The position numbers and the translations under genes are program-made. The notes under the pieces are model-generated. The model worked only from the letters and a program-made list of their open reading frames with translations. It made no database searches and had not been told where the DNA came from. DNA of 64,000 nucleotides from Eledone cirrhosa (Eukaryota): positions 9,052,001 through 9,116,000 of the forward strand of contig OZ024751.1 of NCBI GenBank assembly GCA_964016885.1, in the 5' to 3' direction. Positions 56,340 to 64,000 of this stretch are shown piece by piece (positions within the stretch are counted from its first letter, which is position 1; every line of letters starts with the position of its first letter).

Positions 56340-58166
56340 CTACATTTTAAATTTAAATTTATATTTAAACGTTGAGTTTAATCTATGTTTGCAACAACTG
56401 AATAAATTTGTCCGTAGGTTAAGGGAATTTTTAGATTTTAGTATAAAGAATATCTCCTCTGCGCAGAGGTCACATGTCTCAGAGGATGAATTAAAAGGAA
56501 TCCCTCTTGAGACTATATTCCAAGCCGTCGAATATCTAACGTTATCTAGTTTAAGTTGCCAGAGTACCCCTGATAGTGCCGTTGAAGATTTTTTATTTGG
56601 ATCTGTGAAAGAATTCTTGTGGTTATTATAGCGAAGTTTAAATTCCGTCGATGTGGAACCGACGTAGTTAAAAGAATTAGAGTCAGTATTAACATTACAA
56701 TTGTATACTATATTTTTAACTAAGCAGTTGTTATTTAATGGACATTTAGATCTATCTCTACAGTTACATTTGTTAACTTGTATATTATTTATGCTATTAT
56801 CAGTAGGTTTTAAGTTCCTATTATTTATTCTATTAATATTTTGTGCTAAATTTTTGGTGGATGAGTAGGTTAATTTAATTGTATGCCTATTGAAGATTGA
56901 GTGATACCTATGTGTTCTAGGGAAGCGATTATCAAGAGCTTTGAAAAATAAATTAGCGATGTGGGTTTTAATGTTTAGTGAGAAAGGGGGGGCAAACCAA
57001 ATTATGTTCCTAGTTCTATTTCTTTTTTGTCCTTTGGAATTATTGTAATGCTTTCTATTATAGTTGTTAATGTTGTTGCCGTAATTAAAAAAGTTGTTAC
57101 TTTGTTTAGTTTGTCTATCATTATCTATGTACACAATCTTATCAGCATACCCTGCCCTAGCTAGTGCATCATTATAGTATTGGGCCTTTTCGTCAAAAAT
57201 CTTTCTATTCGACGAAATCCTAGAGATACGTTTTTGGACTGAGTTTACTATAGTGTTTTTGACAGATCTGGGGTGGTTAGAGTTAAAGTTGACATAGTTT
57301 AAGTTTTCATTCAACTTGTGAAAAGGATAGTGGAGACATGTGTTGAGATTTAATGTTATATCTAGGAAATTGACTATTCTATGGTTGTTCTCAATTTCTA
57401 TTTTAAGGTTAAAGTAATTAAAAAATTTTGTAATTTGTTTACATTTTCTATTTAGTTCAGGGTTATTATTATTAATAAGTAAAAGCATGTCATCCCTATA
57501 TAAACCTCCGGTAGTACCAGGTATTTTCCTATGTAGCGAATTGATTAAAAATAAGCCCACAAGGTCAGTTACCTGAGCTGAGTCGGAGGATCCCATAGTT
57601 ATGTCAAAATTGCTATCTCTATCTGCTCTGGTCCATAATTTGTCATTAAATTCTATCAAAGTTTTCCTAGCCGATAATATAATATGCATTTCTTTGCTAG
57701 TTAGGTCCGTATGTTTGAATGCGTAATTTAGTGCCTTATTTAGTAGACTAGGGGTAATAGAAGAATAATAGTTAGCTATATCAAGTTGAATAAACCTATT
57801 ATTATTGTCATATTTAATTTGCCTAAACCACTCAACAACCTCTCCAGTTCCCTTCCACAAGCTCAGGTTAGATACACAATCCAAATTCTTAATTTGCAGT
57901 ATCACCCTGTCAAGAATGTTTTTGCTTAATTTGCCCAGGTCCGATTTTGAAGGTGCGATCAATCTAACTGGCAGGTCATTTTCAAAATTCCTCTTGTGGT
58001 CCTTCATATTGATCTTCGGTTTCCTGGGCACGAAAGGTTGTGTTCTGTTCTCAATTTCCAACTCATGCATTATACGAGATGCTTCCACATTCATTTTATC
58101 AAGTTCGGCCTTATCTGCTACCTTGTATTTTTTCCTCAGCTCTTTCAGTATGAGGCCATTATACAT
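56340..58166 (-). CDS. PLE reverse transcriptase + C-terminal GIY-YIG endonuclease (probably 5'-truncated; Hydra-clade-like)
   Basis: 608 aa without stops: KDHK, PVRLI, FIQLDIANYYSSI, TMGSSDS, GLYRDD, NFLDITL, SNHP, IWFAPPF, CNCRDRSKCPLNNNC, NIVYNC..YVGST..FKLRYNNH, CDLC, CKH. Confidence 0.93.
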   Translation of the reverse strand: MYNGLILKELRKKYKVADKAELDKMNVEASRIMHELEIENRTQPFVPRKPKINMKDHKRNFENDLPVRLIAPSKSDLGKLSKNILDRVILQIKNLDCVSNLSLWKGTGEVVEWFRQIKYDNNNRFIQLDIANYYSSITPSLLNKALNYAFKHTDLTSKEMHIILSARKTLIEFNDKLWTRADRDSNFDITMGSSDSAQVTDLVGLFLINSLHRKIPGTTGGLYRDDMLLLINNNNPELNRKCKQITKFFNYFNLKIEIENNHRIVNFLDITLNLNTCLHYPFHKLNENLNYVNFNSNHPRSVKNTIVNSVQKRISRISSNRKIFDEKAQYYNDALARAGYADKIVYIDNDRQTKQSNNFFNYGNNINNYNRKHYNNSKGQKRNRTRNIIWFAPPFSLNIKTHIANLFFKALDNRFPRTHRYHSIFNRHTIKLTYSSTKNLAQNINRINNRNLKPTDNSINNIQVNKCNCRDRSKCPLNNNCLVKNIVYNCNVNTDSNSFNYVGSTSTEFKLRYNNHKNSFTDPNKKSSTALSGVLWQLKLDNVRYSTAWNIVSRGIPFNSSSETCDLCAEEIFFILKSKNSLNLRTNLFSCCKHRLNSTFKYKFKFKM

Positions 58167-58240
58167 GTAAACCTCTTCAAATGAAGTTGATGTTTATTAC
58201 GGTATGTCGAATATATTTATCTATAAAACTGTTTATATTG

Positions 58241-58306
58241 TATTTTGTCTGATGAAGGCATAGCATATTGTTAATATGATATCCCCGAAATATATATAAT
58301 GAAATA
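58241..58306 (+). ncRNA. Type I hammerhead motif in the inverted pLTR arm
   Basis: Mirror of 54764-54829. Confidence 0.7.
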
Positions 58307-58434
58307 AATATGGTTTTATAAATATAGTTTTCCATTTATTTAATATTGTAAATATACTCCAAATATTTGTCGAGTGCTTTTATATCAGTTATAAATATTT
58401 ACTAGTTGTAACCCAACAATTTTAAATATAACTT

Positions 58435-58548
<114 letters not shown>

Positions 58549-58600
58549 CATATATATGTATGCAGATACATATGTATGTATATATATATACATATATATG

Positions 58601-58640
<40 letters not shown>

Positions 58641-58657
58641 TATATACATATATATAC

Positions 58658-58702
<45 letters not shown>

Positions 58703-58706
58703 TATG

Positions 58707-58740
<34 letters not shown>

Positions 58741-58758
58741 TATATACATATATATACG

Positions 58759-58815
<57 letters not shown>

Positions 58816-58969
58816 GTGTGTGTATATATATATATATAGTTTTGTATAGTGGTAGTTATGGTGCTTGCTTAGGCGGTATGCCAAAATTAGCACTCGATAT
58901 TCCTCAGAGTAGAGTGTAGATATTATAAAGAAAACGAAAATCAGTGATGCATCTGGACTTAGTTTATTT

Positions 58970-59060
58970 CGTGTTACAAATATTTCGCCGGCATGTAGCT
59001 CGAGTCATGGTCCTTGTATGGATCTGGCTGATTCTAGTTCTGCGGGTTCTTTCAGACACG
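58970..59060 (-). ncRNA. Hammerhead-like motif with one extra core base
   Basis: CGTGT-CTGAAAGA-ACCCGCA...TGCCGGC-GAAATATTTGT-A-ACACG; stem I CGTGT/ACACG perfect. Confidence 0.55.
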
Positions 59061-59693
59061 GGTGCTACGTCCGGAGCGAATTTTATCATTGGGGTGTTAT
59101 CATAAAAAAACACCCTAAAAAACACCTATTTCCACTCTTGTCATGCCATTGGCTGTTTTTACTCCACGTCATCACAAATTCTGGTCAGTATCTGCTGCCT
59201 CACGGTTCATCAACCATTTTCCATCCGACACATTTCAATGGAGTCATGCTGGGTTCAGTACTTCACACGTCTGCTCACTCTTCAGAGTAAAAACCCACAC
59301 ATACTAAAATACACACATAACAACACACACACATGCAGACACATACCCATCTATGCATACACACACGTATACCTACATGCGCAGACCCCTCCCCCCACAC
59401 ACATACATACATACATACATACATACGCGCGCACATATACATACGCCCAACCTTCTATACACTTAAATATATATATATATACACACTCATACACACACAT
59501 ATACACATACATACATACACGTACATACATACACACATGTATATACACACATATATATATATACACTCACATATAAATACATACACACACATACATATAT
59601 AAGTTTATACTTCACATGTCCTCACATACATACAAAAACACATACGTACCTAACCATTACCTGCACACGTACATACACACACACACATATATA

Positions 59694-59779
<86 letters not shown>

Positions 59780-60528
59780 TACACACAAAAGGAAAGAGAC
59801 AACTTAACATGCGTACGCACAACCACACATATACAAACAAATACCCATGCATATGCCGATATACATACATTTACACATGCATACGCATACGTGTTGCCAC
59901 ATGCATACACATGCACGCATGCACATCTGCCTACACACACATGTGCTACCACATATACATATATACACACACCTGTAAGTGAACAGGTAAACATACATTA
60001 TGCAATAAGACAACGGTAAATTACCGTAACATAAAAAAATTAAATATACAATGTAATATAAAATGCAATATGATACATATATATATATATCTCCTCCTAT
60101 TATATACATATACATACATATTCATATATACACACACACACGTACACCGACTCATACATACATATACGGATAAATACGGATATATATAGAGGATATGTGA
60201 TAACATAATACAACAAGAATAATAGTAATGATTGTTTCTACTTTTGGCTCAAGGCCAAAAGAATAATAGTAATAATAAAAAGCATACATAGTCCATATAT
60301 AATTATCCGCACACATTCCTTTCAGATGCATATAAACACATACTTGTATGCACAAATACATGTACACACATATAGAGGCCCGCATATACATGCACCTGCA
60401 CCCACAGACACATCCATATATATACACATACACACACACATATATATACGCAGACTTACCCACCCCCACACACACACACACACCTACTCAAACGTGGCTA
60501 TACGTACATACTCACACATACATACATA

Positions 60529-60616
<88 letters not shown>

Positions 60617-60619
<3 letters not shown>

Positions 60620-61226
60620 TGGCTGCCAACTCGTTTTCGAGTACGGCCACTACTTTATATCCATGTAGGAGAGCCCCTACCGATGCGCTGAACGAGTGTG
60701 ACTTTTTAGTCCAGCCAGCAACTTGAAAACTCTGGTACAAACACTACACCTGTGACAATTATTGACACATAGTGCTGGGCCCATGGTACCATGTGACGAC
60801 AAGTGCAGAGAGATCTCCAGATACAAAGCAATGCCTATGCCATGAAGCTTTTATAGTGAGCAAAGGCACTGCACAAAGCCAGTCCCACTCTCTTAACCAA
60901 GATGATATTTACCAAAAAGAAGAACAAGTCAACATCATTGGATACCATCAGAGTTGCAGGTGTTATATCAGAGTTTGCCTTCTCCTAGAATTCTGCCTTG
61001 ACAAAGACTAAGGGGTCATCTCTCCCGGTGATTTTGGATGGCCATTGACTCTTAAGAGCTCCTTTGCCCTTTGACAGGTTTTGTTTTTAGTCCTGCAGGA
61101 TGTCCAAAGTCACCCTCCTCACCAAGAAACCTTGGTGGGGTTGCCAGTTTAGTCGCCACCGACCCGACCATGAGACAGGTTGTACTGGGATACATGTTAC
61201 CAGTAGCACCAAGTGGTGACCTGACA
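60617..61226 (-). mobile_element. 610-bp bipartite non-autonomous RTE derivative, second full copy
   Basis: Co-linear with 37137-37746; same ends; TA flanks. Confidence 0.88.
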
Positions 61227-62026
61227 TAAATATATATATGCTCATATATAGACACACATATATACATACCCACACACACATACACCCACATTCCGCCACA
61301 TATGTATATATATGCACATGTCTGCACATATAGGCGCATATAAGCTCGTGCACACACGCACCCATGCCCATACACACACCCAGCACCCACCCACGTATAT
61401 ATATGCATACATACACATCTACTCAACACACAGGCACATATACCCACACACGTGTCCACACATAAAAACACGTGAATATAAACCCAATATGATAATAAAA
61501 TAAAATAAATAAATAAATTTACAATATTTTAGGGTACATTAAAATCTGTATGTAACTGCATAAATAGGTACACGAAAAGAAGGGGTAAAATAAAGGAACG
61601 GGTAAAATAAAAAATTAAAAAACGTGGGGAGGATGTACAGGAGAAGGTGCGTGCGTCCATGCGATATACTACACAGGTATTATGAGATGCAAAATTGTGT
61701 CCGTGTATAGAACAGGTAACATATACACACAATCACTGTTCCAAAGTGGAACAGTTGTAGAGTATAGTCACGATTAAACGGTGTACAAATTCAACGTGAC
61801 GCCCGTCACGGTCGCCATGGGGCATGGCACTGTGCCTGGTGTTTGCTGTTCTATACGTTTATTGCACAGGACCGGGTGGCAGTGGGCCCCGTGTCAGTCG
61901 GTCAAGGCCCATGCGGTGTATCTTCCAAAATGTGCGCACCGGGCCACGTGCGCACCCGGTTTACATATGATTGCCCCACGGGTCGGACACCGTCATCATG
62001 GCATGGCGTCAGGTCCCCTATTCCCG

Positions 62027-62383
62027 TTAGGCCAATCGGGTCTGTGCGTACTCATTCCCATGCCCCCTGCCTGAGTCGCCCGGCGGATTCCATGCTGCAA
62101 ATGTGCATCTTCTCTGGTGTCTGCATGTCATGATAATTTCAGACTTCAGGTTGACGGCGTCATCCTTCAGTTTGACTATCTCCATGGCCTTGTGTAGGCA
62201 CAATCGGCACTTTCTACTTCCGGCCGAATATGCCCTCGCGTGACGAACGACGCTCCATTCCAGGGCGTATGGGGTGCCGTGGTCTTTCATGTCCCACACG
62301 AGGTCTACTAACCTAGTGGAGTGTCTTTTGCTACGGTACCTGAAGGAATTCGTGTGATTATACATCCGCGATTTAAAGTTCGT
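62027..62383 (-). pseudogene. PLE GIY-YIG endonuclease C-terminal fragment (same type as 56340-58166, GC-richer family)
   Basis: TNFKSRMYNHTNSF...STRL...VW..K....Y..EWSVV..A..Y...S.KCRLC....VNLKSEI...CRH. Confidence 0.85.
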
Positions 62384-62700
62384 GGGTGTATGTGTGGGTG
62401 TACGTGTGTGTGGGTATGTGTATATGTGTGTCTATATATGAGCATATATATATATGTCTATGTATGTGTGTGTGAGTATATACGTATAGCCACGTTTGAG
62501 TAGGTGTGTGTGTGGGGGGGGGGGAAGTGTGCATATATATATGTGTGTGTGTATGTGTATATATGTGGATGTGTTTGTGGGTGAAGGTGCATGCATATGC
62601 GGGCCTCTATATGTGTATACATGTATTTGTGCATACACGTTTATGTGCATCTCATAGGAATGTGTGCGGATAATTATATATGGACTATGTATGCTTTTTT

Positions 62701-62919
62701 TAATACAACAAGAATAATAGTAATAATTGTTTCTATTTTAGGCACAAGGCCAGCAATTACTCAGTGTATTACTGGTACTTTATTTTATCGACCCCGTAAG
62801 GATGACTTGGCCTTTCATCCTTACGGGGTCGATGAAATAAAGTACCATTAATACACTGAGAAATTGCTGGCCTTGTGCCTAAAGTAGAAACAATTATTAC
62901 TATTATTCTTGTTGTATTA
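62701..62919. repeat. Hairpin of two head-to-head SINE 3' halves
   Basis: 62701-62804 inverted against 62814-62919 with a ~9-nt loop. Confidence 0.85.
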
Positions 62920-63037
62920 TGTTATCACATATCCTCTATATATATCCGTATATATCCGTATATATCCGTACATGTATGTATGGGTCTGTGTACGTGTGTG
63001 TGTGTGTATGTGTGCGTGTATATATATTTATATGTAT

Positions 63038-63070
<33 letters not shown>

Positions 63071-63384
63071 GTATCATATTGCATTTTATATTACATTGTA
63101 TATTTAATTTTTTATGTTACGGTAAGTTATCGTTGTCTTATTGCATCATGTATTTTTAACTGTTCACTTCCAGGTGTGTTTATATATGTATATGTGGTAG
63201 CACATGTGTGTGTAGGCAGATATGCATGCGTGCAGGTGTATGCATGTGGCAACACGTTTGCGTATGCATGTGTAATTGTATGTATATCGGCATATGCGTA
63301 GGTATTTGTATGTATGTGTGGATGTGCGTACGCATGTTAAGTTGTCTCTTTTCATTTGTGTGTATATATGTATATATATATATA

Positions 63385-63587
63385 TGGAGATCTCTCTGCA
63401 CTTGTCGTCACATGATACCATGGGCCCAGCACTATGTGTCAATAATTGTCACAAGTGTAGTGTTTGTACCAGAGTTTTCAAGTCGCTGGCTGGACTAAAA
63501 AGTCACACTCGTTCAGCGCATCGGTAGGGGTTCTCCTACATGGATATAAAGTAGTGGCCGTACTCGAAAACGAGTTGGCAGCCACCA
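63385..63587 (+). mobile_element. 3' third of the bipartite RTE derivative
   Basis: Reverse complement of 60617-60820. Confidence 0.85.
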
Positions 63588-63592
63588 CATAT

Positions 63593-63707
<115 letters not shown>

Positions 63708-64000
63708 AGTGTGTATGTACGTATGTGTATTCGTATGTATGTGTGGGCATGTGCGAGTATAAACTTATATATGTATGTGTGTGTATGTATGTATATGTGT
63801 ATATGTGTGTGTATGAGTGTGTATATATACATATATATAGATATATTTAAATGTATAGAAGGTTGGGCGTATGTATATCTGCGCGCGTATGTATGTATAT
63901 ATATGTGTATGTTTGAGTAGGATATGCCTATCACAATTGATACAGAGCGGAAGTAAACAGCCGTCGGTAGGCTCGTGGCGGTATGTATAACAAGTGGGTG

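Noticed and set aside
56340-58166. Selenoprotein-type recoding as reported for some PLEs
   Set aside because: No in-frame TGA in the ORF

Overview
AT-rich eukaryotic, repeat-dominated window with no recognisable host protein-coding exon. Its long (TA)n/(CA)n tracts and SINE families are consistent with an octopod or other coleoid genome (inference). Nearly all ORFs in the track are microsatellite translation artefacts. The real coding sequence is retroelement-derived: a young Penelope-like element (PLE) with an uninterrupted RT+GIY-YIG ORF (56340-58166), three more PLE endonuclease remnants, two CR1-like LINE pieces, RTE, Tx1/L1-like and CRE-like fragments, plus SINEs and Helitron-type elements. 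The main unexplained pattern is that about ten unrelated sequence families occur as fold-back (head-to-head) insertions anchored in (TA)n. Most carry a type I hammerhead-ribozyme (HHR) motif, several with atypical cores or large stem II inserts. A 610-bp bipartite non-autonomous RTE derivative and a ~1.5-1.9 kb PLE-associated inverted duplication are also present. All alignments and RNA folds were done by eye, so coordinates may be off by a few bases.
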